Origin: a virus
Lineage: Duplodnaviria; Heunggongvirae; Uroviricota; Caudoviricetes
Strand: one strand, 5' to 3'
DNA length: 50,631 nucleotides
IMG/VR virus record: IMGVR_UViG_643348551_000005
Shown here piece after piece: positions 29,860-40,370 of the stretch. Each line of letters starts with the position of its first letter. The first letter of the stretch is position 1. The translations under genes were made by a program, and so were the position numbers. A model generated the notes under the pieces. It was not told the origin of the DNA. It saw only the letters and a list, made by a program, of their open reading frames with translations, and searched no databases.

Positions 29860-30955
29860 ACGGCTGCGTGATGAATCAATTGCTCATGCAGTCTGGATAT
29901 CCCGCTATAGCACTGGCGTGGCTGCCAGAATGGTGAAAATACTGAATGACAGCGATGCGGAACTTACTGCTCGCCTGCTGATAGCACTGGACAGCCTCGA
30001 TCCAGGTAATTTTACCGTTAAGCGCCTGGAGTCACTTCTGGCGAGCGTCAGAAAGGTTAACCGCACTGCTATTAACAGCATGTTTACCAGTCTCTCCGGA
30101 GAGCTGAACGAGCTGGCAATTTATGAGGCTGGTTATCAGTTAAGTCTGTTTGATTCTATGCTACCTGATTTTGTTGCTGATGTTCACCCTCTGGTTGGTA
30201 TCTCTCCTGATGCACTTTATGCCGCTGCAATGGCGCGACCATTCCAGGGACGACTGCTCAGTGAGTGGGCCTCAGATCTTGAGGCGGATCGGCTCAGACG
30301 CATAACAAATACAGTGCGTCAGGGTTTTTTGCTGGGGGATACCAATGAGCAGATCGCAAGAAAAATTCGGGGACATGTCAGTAAGGGATTTCAGGATGGT
30401 GCATTGCAGATGAGCCGGGCTAATGCGGCCAGCATTGCAAAAACAGCGGTTGGACATCTTGCTGCTACTGCCCGTGAGAGTTTTGCCAGCGCGAATAATG
30501 ATTTGATTAAGGGTAAGCAATGGTTATCAACGCTTGATAATCGTACTACGCCACAATGTCGAATCAGGGATCGCCTCAAATATACGCTGAATAATAAACC
30601 TGTAGGTCACAGCGTGCCTTATTTGCAGGGGCCGGGAAAAATTCATTTCTGCTGCCGCTCAACGGAAACGTTCATTCTGAAATCAGCGAAGGAACTGGGT
30701 ATTGATGTTCGCGATATTTCCCCGGCTGAGCGGGCCAGCATGGATGGCGTGGTGGCCGGAGATACAACCTACAGGGAATGGTTTTTGCGTCAGCCTTACA
30801 CCAGACAAAAACAGATTGTGGGGGAAACCCGAGCAAAGCTGATTCGGGATGGTGGTATGTCGCCAGATGAATTTTACACCGATAAAGGCGAATGGCTGAC
30901 GCTGAAGCAGCTCCGTGAGCGTGATGCACAGGTATTCAGAAAAGCAGGGATTTAA
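29840..30955 (+). CDS. Head morphogenesis / minor head protein (Mu F-like / SPP1 gp7-like)
   Basis: 371-aa ORF directly after the portal, overlapping its end; position and size typical of a minor head protein. Confidence 0.6.
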   Translation: MMQTVNERLRDESIAHAVWISRYSTGVAARMVKILNDSDAELTARLLIALDSLDPGNFTVKRLESLLASVRKVNRTAINSMFTSLSGELNELAIYEAGYQLSLFDSMLPDFVADVHPLVGISPDALYAAAMARPFQGRLLSEWASDLEADRLRRITNTVRQGFLLGDTNEQIARKIRGHVSKGFQDGALQMSRANAASIAKTAVGHLAATARESFASANNDLIKGKQWLSTLDNRTTPQCRIRDRLKYTLNNKPVGHSVPYLQGPGKIHFCCRSTETFILKSAKELGIDVRDISPAERASMDGVVAGDTTYREWFLRQPYTRQKQIVGETRAKLIRDGGMSPDEFYTDKGEWLTLKQLRERDAQVFRKAGI

Positions 30956-30974
30956 ATAAATCATTTATTACAAC

Positions 30975-31001
30975 AGGCTACCTTCGGGTGGCCTTTTTTA
31001 T
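30975..31001 (+). terminator. Intrinsic terminator-like hairpin (AGGCTACC-TTCG-GGTGGCCT + TTTTTTA)
   Basis: GC-rich stem with one mismatch, a tetraloop, and a T-tract, just after the head morphogenesis gene. Confidence 0.5.
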
Positions 31002-31059
31002 TGCTGCGATCCGGATGGTGAGCAGCGTAACTGTCGGAAGACTTAAACCAGGTACTAAT

Positions 31060-31824
31060 ATGAAACTGAAAACGGTCGAGATTAACGGAAAACAATACGC
31101 AGAAATTGATACTGCTGGCCTGCCAGTTTATGTGCACGACGATGGTAAAGAAATTGGCTTCGATGCACCGCTGGCGACAAAAAAAATTACAGAGCTTAAT
31201 GGCGAGGCAAAAAATCATCGCCTGGCTAAAGAAGCTGCAGAGGAAAAACTGGCTAAGTTTGCCGCTATCGAAGACCCGAAGAAGGCGATCGAGGCACTGG
31301 AAATGCTGTCAAAAATCGACCAGAAAAAGCTGCTCGATGCGGGACAGGTTGACCAGGTTAAGGCAGAAATTACGAAAAATTTTCAGCAGCAATTAGATGA
31401 AGAAAAGCAACGCTCTCAGATGCTGGAGAAGCAGCTTTACGATTCTATGATTGGCGGTAGTTTTGCGGGTTCAAAATATATTGCCGATAAAATTGCGATC
31501 CCGGCAGATTTATTACAAGCCCGCTTCGGGCAGGCATTCAAAGTGGAAGAAGGGAGGATCGTTGCTTATGACGCTTCCGGCAACAAAATTTATTCCCGCG
31601 CGAAGCCAGGCGAACTGGCGCAGTTTGATGAGGCGCTGGAGTTCCTTGTCGAAAATTACCCTCAGAAAGACTACATCCTGAAAGCCAGTGGCAACAATGG
31701 CGGCGGCTCCCGTCCGACACAGCATGATATTGGTCAGAAAACGATGAAACGCTCTGCTTTTGATGCACTGGATGTTGCAGGTAAGCAAAACGCATTGAAA
31801 GACGGTATCACAATCGTTGATTAA
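31060..31824 (+). CDS. Putative scaffolding protein (coiled-coil rich)
   Basis: Charged, helical, Lys/Glu/Gln-rich sequence positioned between the head morphogenesis and major capsid genes. Start placed at the ATG downstream of the terminator hairpin. Confidence 0.55.
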   Translation: MKLKTVEINGKQYAEIDTAGLPVYVHDDGKEIGFDAPLATKKITELNGEAKNHRLAKEAAEEKLAKFAAIEDPKKAIEALEMLSKIDQKKLLDAGQVDQVKAEITKNFQQQLDEEKQRSQMLEKQLYDSMIGGSFAGSKYIADKIAIPADLLQARFGQAFKVEEGRIVAYDASGNKIYSRAKPGELAQFDEALEFLVENYPQKDYILKASGNNGGGSRPTQHDIGQKTMKRSAFDALDVAGKQNALKDGITIVD

Positions 31825-31922
31825 CACATTTGTCAGCTTCCGGATGGGAGCTGGTGTCAGGGCTGGATAGCTCATTACTCCATCTATTCACAATTACGCA
31901 AATTTTTAAGGAATATTTAATT

Positions 31923-33062
31923 ATGGCTGGAAATACCCTGACCGGGTTGATCCCGACTATTTATACCGCCCTGGATGTTGTATCCCGTGAGCAGGTAGGT
32001 TTTATCCCTGCGGTAGCAAAAAACGCAAAAGCTGACGCCGCAGCAAAAGATCAGACGGTAACCGCGCCAGTTGCGCCTGAGGCGAAAACCGAAGATATCG
32101 TACCGGGGCCGTCAGCTCCGAATACCGGTGATCAAAATATTGGCACTGTTGATGTAAAAATTACTAAATCCAAAATGGCACCGGTTAAATGGAATGGTGA
32201 AGAACAACTGGCTCTTGGCCCTTCAGGGACTTACAACACCATTCTGGCTGATCAGTTCAAGCAGGCTTTTCGCGCCCTTGCAAACGAGGTTGAGGCTGAT
32301 CTTGGTGCGTTGTATTTCGGTGCTTCCCGCGCCGTGGGAACCGCAGGGACAACGCCGTTTGGTGTTAAAGATGATCTTTCTGATGCTGCTCTGGCTCGTC
32401 AGGTTCTGGAGGATAACGGCGCACCGACAACCGATCTGCAGATGGTGCTTGGCTCCACTGCCATTGCTAATTTGCGCGGAAAACAGTCTGTATTGTTTAA
32501 AGTGAATGAATCCGGCACTGAACAGCTACTGCGTGAGGGCGTGTTGGGGCGTCTGGAGGGATTCAATATTCACAGTTCGGCAGGTGTGAAACGAGCGCCA
32601 AAGGTTGCTGCAACTGGTTATCTCGTGAATGGAGAGAAAAAAGAAGGCGATGTTCTTATTTCCATTGATACTGGTTCGGGGAGTATTTCTGCAGGTCAGA
32701 TTGTTACGTTCGCTGGTGATCCGAATCAGTATGTTGTGGCAGCAGCGACCAGCAATCTGATTACTCTTGCAGCGCCCGGACTGCGTCAGGATCTGGCCGA
32801 TGATACTGCCATCACAGTTGTTGGGGCCTTTACGGCAAATATGGCGTTTGATCGCAACGCGTTTCTGCTGGCATCCCGTACTCCGGCAATGCCGGAAGGT
32901 GGCGATAATGCTGATGATGTAATGAATGTTACGGACCCGATTTCAGGGATTACGTTCCAGATTGCACTGTATCGTCAGTATCGCCAGGTGCGCTATGAAG
33001 TTGGACTGGCATGGGGTGTTTCATCAGTGAAGCCGGCACATGGTTGTCTGATTCTTGGTTAA
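31923..33062 (+). CDS. Major capsid protein
   Basis: 379-aa ORF after the scaffold-like gene, with an SD (AAGGA) and followed by a strong intrinsic terminator, as is common for capsid genes. Confidence 0.7.
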   Translation: MAGNTLTGLIPTIYTALDVVSREQVGFIPAVAKNAKADAAAKDQTVTAPVAPEAKTEDIVPGPSAPNTGDQNIGTVDVKITKSKMAPVKWNGEEQLALGPSGTYNTILADQFKQAFRALANEVEADLGALYFGASRAVGTAGTTPFGVKDDLSDAALARQVLEDNGAPTTDLQMVLGSTAIANLRGKQSVLFKVNESGTEQLLREGVLGRLEGFNIHSSAGVKRAPKVAATGYLVNGEKKEGDVLISIDTGSGSISAGQIVTFAGDPNQYVVAAATSNLITLAAPGLRQDLADDTAITVVGAFTANMAFDRNAFLLASRTPAMPEGGDNADDVMNVTDPISGITFQIALYRQYRQVRYEVGLAWGVSSVKPAHGCLILG

Positions 33063-33070
33063 ACATTCAA

Positions 33071-33092
33071 ACGGGGCTTCGGCCCCATTTTT
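33071..33092 (+). terminator. Intrinsic terminator (GGGGC-TTCG-GCCCC + ATTTTT) after the capsid gene
   Basis: Perfect 5-bp GC stem with a TTCG tetraloop and a T-tract, 10 nt after the capsid stop. Confidence 0.7.
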
Positions 33093-33104
33093 AATGGGGG
33101 GCAT

Positions 33105-33281
33105 ATGGCCGGATTAACTAAAGAGCAAAGAGCACAGCGTGAAGCCGCACAAAAAACGCAAATTGAGTTAGTGGTTATGGTGACCGATTATCAGATGTTT
33201 CCCGGCGCACCAACTATCGCTAATGTTCATCCTGATGAAGTTGACAACTGGAAGGCTATGGGCTGGAAAACTCAGGAGTAA
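33105..33281 (+). CDS. Possible small head-associated protein (58 aa)
   Basis: Hand-translated ORF MAGLTKEQRAQREAAQKTQIELVVMVTDYQMFPGAPTIANVHPDEVDNWKAMGWKTQE fills the 220-bp gap between the capsid gene and the next gene. Not in the supplied track. Confidence 0.35.
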   Translation: MAGLTKEQRAQREAAQKTQIELVVMVTDYQMFPGAPTIANVHPDEVDNWKAMGWKTQE

Positions 33282-33284
33282 CAC

Positions 33285-33680
33285 ATGATCACTTACGTGA
33301 CCTGTGATGACGTTGATAATGCGTTTGGGAACGCCTGGACGAGTGAGAACGCTAAAAATAAAGCTGTTTTAATGGCTAATGCCTGGCTTAATGGCTTCAA
33401 CCTGAAAATTAACCCATCCCGTATTCCGGAAGAGGTAAAACTTGCGGGAGCATATGCAGCCAGAATTGCCTCATTCGGTAAGTTGTTTCAGCAGAAAAAT
33501 GATTCTGGCGTTGTTATCAGTAAAGCCGTGTCGGCTGACGGGGTCAGTGTATCGAAATCATTTTCTGAGTTGCCAGCAAACAGCACTGCATTGCTTGAAC
33601 CCGATTTACAGCTTGCGATAGCACTGCTGAAACCGTACGGACTTAGTCGCTCACAAGTCAGGGTTGTGAGGGGGGGATAA
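33285..33680 (+). CDS. Head-tail connector / head completion protein (131 aa)
   Basis: Position in the head-to-tail joining gene block; tightly packed with its neighbours. Confidence 0.5.
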   Translation: MITYVTCDDVDNAFGNAWTSENAKNKAVLMANAWLNGFNLKINPSRIPEEVKLAGAYAARIASFGKLFQQKNDSGVVISKAVSADGVSVSKSFSELPANSTALLEPDLQLAIALLKPYGLSRSQVRVVRGG

Positions 33681-34063
33681 TGGGGCTTCGTGAAGAGATT
33701 CAGTCAGAGGTTGCCGCTGCTTTTGATGAGGATTTAGCGGACGCCGTGAGTGATTTTTCTGGTTCTTACGTTACGCACCGGCACTGGGATCCTGTGACGG
33801 AAACTGGCGGCGAATCCACCGCAATCTATACCGGGCGAGGCGTGTTGACACGTTATAAGCTGGGCAGAATTGATGGGATTAATATTTTGCATGGTGACCT
33901 TAAATTAACCGCTCTGGTATGCGAGGTTACGGATAAACCAGCTGTCGACCATATTATTGAGATTTATGATCCTGTATCAAGGCAGTTACAACGATACGAG
34001 GTAATTACAGCAAGTGTAGATCCTTCCGCATCAGTTTACTCTATCCAGTTAAGGAGAGCGTAA
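33680..34063 (+). CDS. Head-tail joining protein (127 aa)
   Basis: Start overlaps the preceding stop; position in the head-tail joining block. Confidence 0.5.
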   Translation: MGLREEIQSEVAAAFDEDLADAVSDFSGSYVTHRHWDPVTETGGESTAIYTGRGVLTRYKLGRIDGINILHGDLKLTALVCEVTDKPAVDHIIEIYDPVSRQLQRYEVITASVDPSASVYSIQLRRA

Positions 34064-34444
34064 ATGGCAAAGGCATGGGATATAGAACCGTCAATATTTG
34101 CCGGGATGATTGAGGAAGATGTAGGGCTGAAGATTCGCTACATCGCTATTCAGATTCTTACTGCTATTGATATTGCTGCTCCGGTTGATACCGGACGTTT
34201 CAGAAATAACAACCTGGTGTCGTTACAGCATCCCGATTTTGGTATATCTGATAACGTGGATCCGAACGGTACGATTGCTGTTCAGCGTGGGATCGGGGTT
34301 ATTTCGAAAGCTGCAAATTACGGAGTTATTTATATCCAGAATAACCTTCCTTATGCAGAGGCTCTTGAAAACGGTCATTCACAACAAGCGCCAACTGGCG
34401 TGTATGCCAACGCTTTTCATGGTGTTTTACAGGCTTACAAATGA
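34064..34444 (+). CDS. Tail completion / head-tail adaptor protein (126 aa)
   Basis: Position in the head-tail joining block. Confidence 0.5.
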   Translation: MAKAWDIEPSIFAGMIEEDVGLKIRYIAIQILTAIDIAAPVDTGRFRNNNLVSLQHPDFGISDNVDPNGTIAVQRGIGVISKAANYGVIYIQNNLPYAEALENGHSQQAPTGVYANAFHGVLQAYK

Positions 34445-34833
34445 CGTTTACTGAAATCAGAAATACGGTTATTTCCAGAATGACGGCACAGACGATTATT
34501 GATGGAAAAGACGTATTGTATCCGAACGCGCCAACGTTCGATCCTTCCGGTAAGTTAATCTGGGCGCGGTTAAGTAATATTCCCGGGCAGGCTGGAGTTA
34601 ATGAAATTGGCGCGGGGCCGATTGTTTATCGCACGGGGATAATCATTATTCAGTTATTTGTCCCCGCAGGTTCTGGTTCAAAACTCATTACTGAGACAGC
34701 CGATAAATTGCGGGAACTGTTTGAGTTTCAGGATGACGATCGTCTCAGTTACCAGGCTGTTTCCTCAATAGCCGTTGGCGAAAAGAATGGCTGGTTCCAG
34801 CTTAATCTTCAAATTCCATATCGCGCGCTCTAG
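34441..34833 (+). CDS. Tail terminator-like protein (130 aa)
   Basis: Position immediately upstream of the major tail protein; overlaps the preceding gene. Confidence 0.5.
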   Translation: MTFTEIRNTVISRMTAQTIIDGKDVLYPNAPTFDPSGKLIWARLSNIPGQAGVNEIGAGPIVYRTGIIIIQLFVPAGSGSKLITETADKLRELFEFQDDDRLSYQAVSSIAVGEKNGWFQLNLQIPYRAL

Positions 34834-34859
34834 CGCAATTAATGACATAGGAGGCTCCT

Positions 34860-35822
34860 GTGAGTTCAGGTGCAAAGGTTATCTCGGCATTTATCCGGGA
34901 GACGGTTGCAGGCACTACGCCAGCAAGTGGTGACTGGAGTTTATTAAAACGCACAAGCTGGGGAGTAAAACCCACCCAGAATAAAGGCGAAAATAATGAG
35001 ATTGGTGGCTCCCGGATGGCTCAGGGGGCGACGCCTGGCACTGTGGATGTCGGCGGTGATGTTGGTACCAAATTTCGCTGGGGTCAACATGATGATTTTC
35101 TTGCATCCTGTTTCGGCGCGGAATGGTCAGGCGATTCTCTGACAATGGGGAATGAGCGAATAACATTTTCTCTGGCGACCTATGCGTCCGATGTCGGAAT
35201 TGCCTCTGTCGTCAGAGGAGCGCAGGTTGGCTCATGGAAAATGCAGATCCCTAACGACGGCGATATTACAGCGACCGTAACCTTTGCCGGACTGGACTGG
35301 GAATCAAAGGCCGATGATACGAATTTTATCAAAGGCGAACCTGTGGATAGTGCAGGAAAGCTACGTTATTCGTTTAAGGAGGTTTCAGCAGTAAGCCTGA
35401 ATGGTGTTGCCGGAGGTAACGGTTTTTGTATCGACAGTTTTGATATTCAGTTCGATAACAAACTCCAGACACAGCGTTGTATCGGGACTGGCTCGCCTTA
35501 TGCAGGAGCAAATATTCCGACTACTTTTACACCGTCCGGTACGGTGACGCTTTCATGGTCTAAAGCCGCGTGGGAAATCTGGAGTAAAACACTGACTGGA
35601 GAAACAGTTCCGTTCAGCTTCACGCTTTCGAATGGAGAGGGGGCATACACTTTCAGTTTCCCGAAGGTTCAGGTGTCAGGTGAATGGCCTGATGGGGGTA
35701 ATAGCGACATTATCCAGGTTCAATTGAGCATTACCGCAGCAGATGAAGCACCTACGATAACCAGAAAAAAAAATTCCCCGGCTGCCGTGATCGCAAAAGC
35801 CAGTGCTGAGGCGATTAGTTGA
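34860..35822 (+). CDS. Major tail (tube) protein
   Basis: 320-aa ORF with a strong SD (AGGAGG) and GTG start, directly upstream of the tail-chaperone frameshift pair and tape measure, the canonical position of the tail tube gene. Confidence 0.65.
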   Translation: MSSGAKVISAFIRETVAGTTPASGDWSLLKRTSWGVKPTQNKGENNEIGGSRMAQGATPGTVDVGGDVGTKFRWGQHDDFLASCFGAEWSGDSLTMGNERITFSLATYASDVGIASVVRGAQVGSWKMQIPNDGDITATVTFAGLDWESKADDTNFIKGEPVDSAGKLRYSFKEVSAVSLNGVAGGNGFCIDSFDIQFDNKLQTQRCIGTGSPYAGANIPTTFTPSGTVTLSWSKAAWEIWSKTLTGETVPFSFTLSNGEGAYTFSFPKVQVSGEWPDGGNSDIIQVQLSITAADEAPTITRKKNSPAAVIAKASAEAIS

Positions 35823-35870
35823 TTTTCCGTTATTCCTCCTGTGGTACTGCCCTACAGGGGGACGCATTGA

Positions 35871-36332
35871 ATGAGGTTATGGATGTTTATTCTTAATCAG
35901 AAAATTATCATTGGTGGAGAACGCTGGTTTACGCCAATGAAGGACTTAAAACCTGTAGACGGGTTAAAACTGTTGGTGGCAAGCAGCGATAACGATCAGT
36001 ATCGCTCCCGTAATGCATTAATCCGTCGCCACATTGAGAAAATGGATGCCAGTTTGCACGTCGGAACGAAGGAGTTTGATATTTCAAAGGTTTCCGAGGT
36101 GGATTCTGTTGATGATTTACTCATTGATAATGCCGCTCGTTATCTGCTGAAAGACTGGAAAGGGGTTGGTGAACTGGTTAATGGTGTTGAGGTTGCACTG
36201 GAATATACGGCAGAACGAGGGATCGCGCTGCTTAAGCAGAATCCAGAGTTGTACTGGCAGATCCTTGCAGAAGCAGCCAGCATCGCCCAGGGTAAAGAGC
36301 AGCAGAAGCAGGATACGATAAAAAAGCCATAG
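35871..36332 (+). CDS. Tail assembly chaperone (lambda G-like)
   Basis: Position upstream of the tape measure. The slippery heptamer A AAA AAG at 36320-36326 lies just before the stop, and the -1 frame continues into the next ORF. Confidence 0.7.
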   Translation: MRLWMFILNQKIIIGGERWFTPMKDLKPVDGLKLLVASSDNDQYRSRNALIRRHIEKMDASLHVGTKEFDISKVSEVDSVDDLLIDNAARYLLKDWKGVGELVNGVEVALEYTAERGIALLKQNPELYWQILAEAASIAQGKEQQKQDTIKKP

Positions 36333-36640
36333 CTGCCCAGCGGTGGTTATCGGAGTTCGGGGGAGAAAGGGGGGAAAAGGCAAGATGGAAGCGAGAAAAA
36401 CTCAGGTTGCCACCGATACCGGAACCAGAAATAGACCCGGTGCTTAAGGAGTTGTTGTACGCCTATTCGGTAATATCCCGTGCCCGACGTTATGCTGGAA
36501 TGGCTGGGGTGCCTTTGCCTTTATCTCTGACAGAGATAAATGAATATTTAGCCACTCATCCGGTATTGATTGAGCGCGATGAATTTGAAGCAGTGATCTT
36601 TGCACTGGATGACCAGTATTTTCAGGAGCAGTGTGTGTAG
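36320..36640 (+). CDS. Tail assembly chaperone frameshift extension (lambda GT-like), made by -1 frameshift at 36320-36326
   Basis: The -1 frame from the A AAA AAG site runs open through the track ORF at 36407-36640 (...LPPIPEPEIDPVLKELL...), as in the lambda G/GT arrangement. Confidence 0.6.
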   Translation, partial: KKAIAAQRWLSEFGGERGEKARWKREKLRLPPIPEPEIDPVLKELLYAYSVISRARRYAGMAGVPLPLSLTEINEYLATHPVLIERDEFEAVIFALDDQYFQEQCV

Positions 36641-36760
36641 TTGTTAATTACGTACACTCTGTTACAGAGATGTGATGGTGTCTTTAATTAAATCGATGAT
36701 GCTCCTGGAGAAAAGCATTGCGTGGCCTCGTAATCGCTATATCTACTATTATGTCGCCTG

Positions 36761-36786
36761 AAACCCACTTCGCGGTGGGTTTTTTG
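36761..36786 (+). terminator. Intrinsic terminator-like hairpin (AAACCCAC-TTCGCG-GTGGGTTT + T-tract) before the tape measure gene
   Basis: Inverted repeat followed by TTTTTGTTGT. It lies between the chaperone genes and the tape measure gene, so it may act as an attenuator. Confidence 0.5.
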
Positions 36787-36805
36787 TTGTCAGGAGTTTT
36801 AATAA

Positions 36806-39800
36806 ATGGCAGAGCAAACCTCGCGTCTCGCAATAATTATTGATAGCACTGGAGCGAAAAATAATGCTGACAATCTGACCTCCTCATTAGTCAAAATGAC
36901 GCAGGCTGGGGAAACTGCTGCAAATAGCGCAGGGAAAGTGACTAAGGCAACAGAAGATGAGAAGAACGCGCTCGCAAAATTAAAAGCAGCTATTGATCCA
37001 GTTGGTGCCGCAATTGATACTGTCGGTCGACGCTATTCTGAATTAAAGAAATTTTTCGATAAAGGGCTTATTGATAAAGAAGAATATGAATTTCTTGTCC
37101 GTAAACTTAATGAAACCACAGAGGAATTGAGCGGGGTTGCGCAAGCGCAGAGAGAAGCCGAGAAGGCCGGAAAACTTGCTGCCGCCCAGCAGGAAGCGCA
37201 GGCTCAGGCCTTTCAAAGAATGCTGGACAAGATCGACCCTCTGGCTGCGGCGCTAAGAAATCTTGAACAACAGCATGATGAACTTAATGCTGCGTTTGCA
37301 TCCGGGAAAATAAATGGTTCTCAGTTTGAGAATTATAGCCGAAAAATACAGGAAACACGGCGAGAGCTTACCGGAGAGGCTCAGGCAGAGCGAGAAGCAG
37401 CAAAAGCGCATGATGAACAGGTTGTTGCTTTGCAACGTCTGATTGCTCAACTTGATCCTGTCGGAACTGCTTTTAATCGTCTGGTAGAACAACAGAAACA
37501 GCTCAATGAAGCAAAAGCTAAGGGGATGCTTTCTCCTGAAATGTATGAGGAGCTTTCTGGAAAACTTCGTGCTATGCGGAGTGAGCTTGAGGTTACTCAA
37601 TCACAATTAAGCAAAACCGGAATGTCGGCAAAACAAACGGCTTTTGCTATGCGCATGTTGCCTGCACAAATGACGGATATTGTTGTTGGGTTGTCCACTG
37701 GTCAGTCGCCATTTATGGTGTTAATGCAGCAGGGCGGCCAGCTAAAAGATATGTTCGGTGGGATTGGCCCGGCGATCAAAGGTGTAGGTTCTTATGTGCT
37801 GGGATTAATTAATCCTTTTACCCTGGCCGCAGCAGCCGTTGGGGTCTTAGGACTGGCTTACTATAAAGGCTCTCAGGAGCAGGACGAATTTAATAAATCT
37901 CTTATTCTTACCGGAAATCAGTTGGGGACAACCAGCGGGCAATTGGGCGATATAGCTCAACGTGCCGGGAATGCGGCTGATTCGACAACTGGTGCTGCGG
38001 CGGCAGTATTAAATCAGCTTGTGCGTTCGGGAAAGGTAGCGAGCAGTTCGCTGGAGCAAGTGACGACAGCGATAGTAAAAACGAGCGAAGTAACAGGAAT
38101 ATCAACCGAACAACTGGTTAATGACTTCAATGAAATTGCAAAGGATCCTGTCAGTGCCATATCAAAACTTAATGATCAGTACCATTTTCTGACACTTGCG
38201 ACTTATAACCAGATTAAGGCGCTACAGGATGAAGGGAACCAGCAGGAGGCCGCCCGCATTGCGACAGAAGAATACTCATCCTCAATGATCCAGCGCACCA
38301 ACCAGATTAAAGAAAATCTTGGTTATCTTGAGACTGCATGGAAAGCTGTCGCAGACTCCGCAAAATGGGCATGGGATTCCATGCTGGATATTGGCCGTGA
38401 GGCCTCCCTTGATCAAAAAATCTCAGATGTTCTCCGTCAAATTGATGAAATAGAAAAAAATACCCGACCCGGAGTTTTCGGGTTAGGTGGCATTGGAGAT
38501 GGCGGAGCTCAAAATAAAAGGCTGGCACGATTAAAGCAGCAATTGGGCGTACTTCAAGCAGAAAAAATTGCTCAGGACGTACTAAATTCATCAATAAACG
38601 ATTACAACAAGCGACAACAGGAAGGAATTGAACTCAGACAGAGAGCAGATGCCTTTTCAAAACAATATCAGACCCGGGAGCAGCAGAGAGCTAGTGAACT
38701 TGCAAAACTGGAAAAGCTAAAGAATCAGTATTCAAAGGAAGAATATAATAATCTTATCGCTCAAATAAATGAGCGTTATAAAGATCCAAAGCAACCAAAG
38801 GCGAAAGGTTATTCTGATGATGCAGCCCAACGAATGATTGATCATCTGAATCAACAGAATGCGTTACTAAGTTCACAAGCTGAGTTGACCGTTAAATTAA
38901 GTTCCTCTGAACAGGAACTGGTTAAGTGGCGTCAGCGGATTGCCGACCTAGAGTCACGACCATCATCGAAATTAACCCAGGATCAGAAATCGCTTCTCTT
39001 ACACCGGGAAGAAATAACCGCGTTGATGGAGAAAAATGTTGCGATTGAAAAGAATAACAGGCTAATCAAGGAATCCGCCGAAATAACAGCATGGCGTGAT
39101 TCATTGCAGGCTTCGATTGATAATCGTCAGCAGGGGTATGATATTCAGATTGCTGGTTATGGGGTTGGCGATAAAAATCAGCAACGCCAGCAGGAATTAC
39201 TGCGGATTGAACATGGATATAACAATCAGCGTCTGCAACTTGAACGTGACTATGCAGATAAATCCCGTGGAATGTCAGATCATGTTTTTCAAGAGAAAAT
39301 GCAGGCTCTGAATGATGCTCTGGAACGGGAAAAAGAAATTGTCAGACAGAAAAACGAGCAGCTCGATATTCAGGCAGGAGACTGGGTTAGTGGTGCCTCC
39401 CAGGGATTCAATAACTGGCTGGATGACACTAAGGATATCAGTGAGCAGATAAAATCAACCACGACTCAGATGTTTGATGGGATGACCGATGCGCTGGGTG
39501 ATTTTGTCACGACAGGCAAGGCAAATTTTCGTTCTTTCGCTACTTCCGTGATTTCGGATCTTAGTCGAATGGCATTAAAGGCTTCAATTACTGGGATTTT
39601 CGACAGCATTAGTAACAGTTCTTCTGGGGGGATTTTAGGAACTATCGGGAGTGCTATTAGTAAATTTATTCCGAATGCAAAGGGCGGTGTTTATGAGTCT
39701 CCGTCATTGAGCACGTATTCGAACGGTATTTATGATTCCCCGCAATTTTTTGCTTTTGCAAAAGGGGCTGGTGTTTTTGGTGAGGCTGGACCGGAAGCCA

Positions 39801-40039
39801 TTATGCCATTAACACGAACTTCCGATGGTTCTCTTGGTGTCAGAGCTATTAATAGTAAAAGTGGTAATGGAGGCGGAGATATTACCTATGCCCCTGTATA
39901 CCAAATCACTATTCAAAATGACGGCCAGAATGGAGAGATTGGCCCTCAGGCAATAAAAGCACTTATGGGGATGGTTGATCAGCGGGTGCAGGGCAATCTG
40001 TTAAATATGCGACGTGATGGGGGAATATTAAGTGGCTAA
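36806..40039 (+). CDS. Tail tape measure protein
   Basis: 1077-aa ORF with long coiled-coil regions and a hydrophobic central segment, downstream of the G/GT pair. Confidence 0.9.
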
Positions 40040-40370
40040 TACGGAAGAATTTCACTGGTTACCAGAGGATGGAATGAAAACAGAAAATAAACCATCGATA
40101 AAAACTGTAAGATTTGGCGATGGTTATGAGCAACGAAGTCCAAATGGACTTAATCATTCTCTGCGCGTTTTCACCTGTGATTTCAAAGTTGAGGCGAATG
40201 AACGTGATTCATTTGAAAAATTTTTAGCCCGGCATGAAGGCTATAAATCTTTTTTTTGGCGCCCGCCGGGTATTAACAGAAAAATCAGAGTGGTGTGTCG
40301 AACGTGGTCAGCGACAGAACATATCACCTATACCGATTTTTCGTGTCAGTTTGACGAAGTGGTGATCTGA
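40032..40370 (+). CDS. Minor tail protein M (lambda gpM-like)
   Basis: 112-aa ORF directly after the tape measure, overlapping its end; same order as lambda H-M-L-K-I-J. Confidence 0.8.

Noticed and set aside
36407-36640. 77-aa ORF called as a stand-alone gene with a TTG start
   Set aside because: It is in the -1 frame relative to the G-like chaperone and reachable through the A AAA AAG slippery site, so it is better explained as the frameshift extension.
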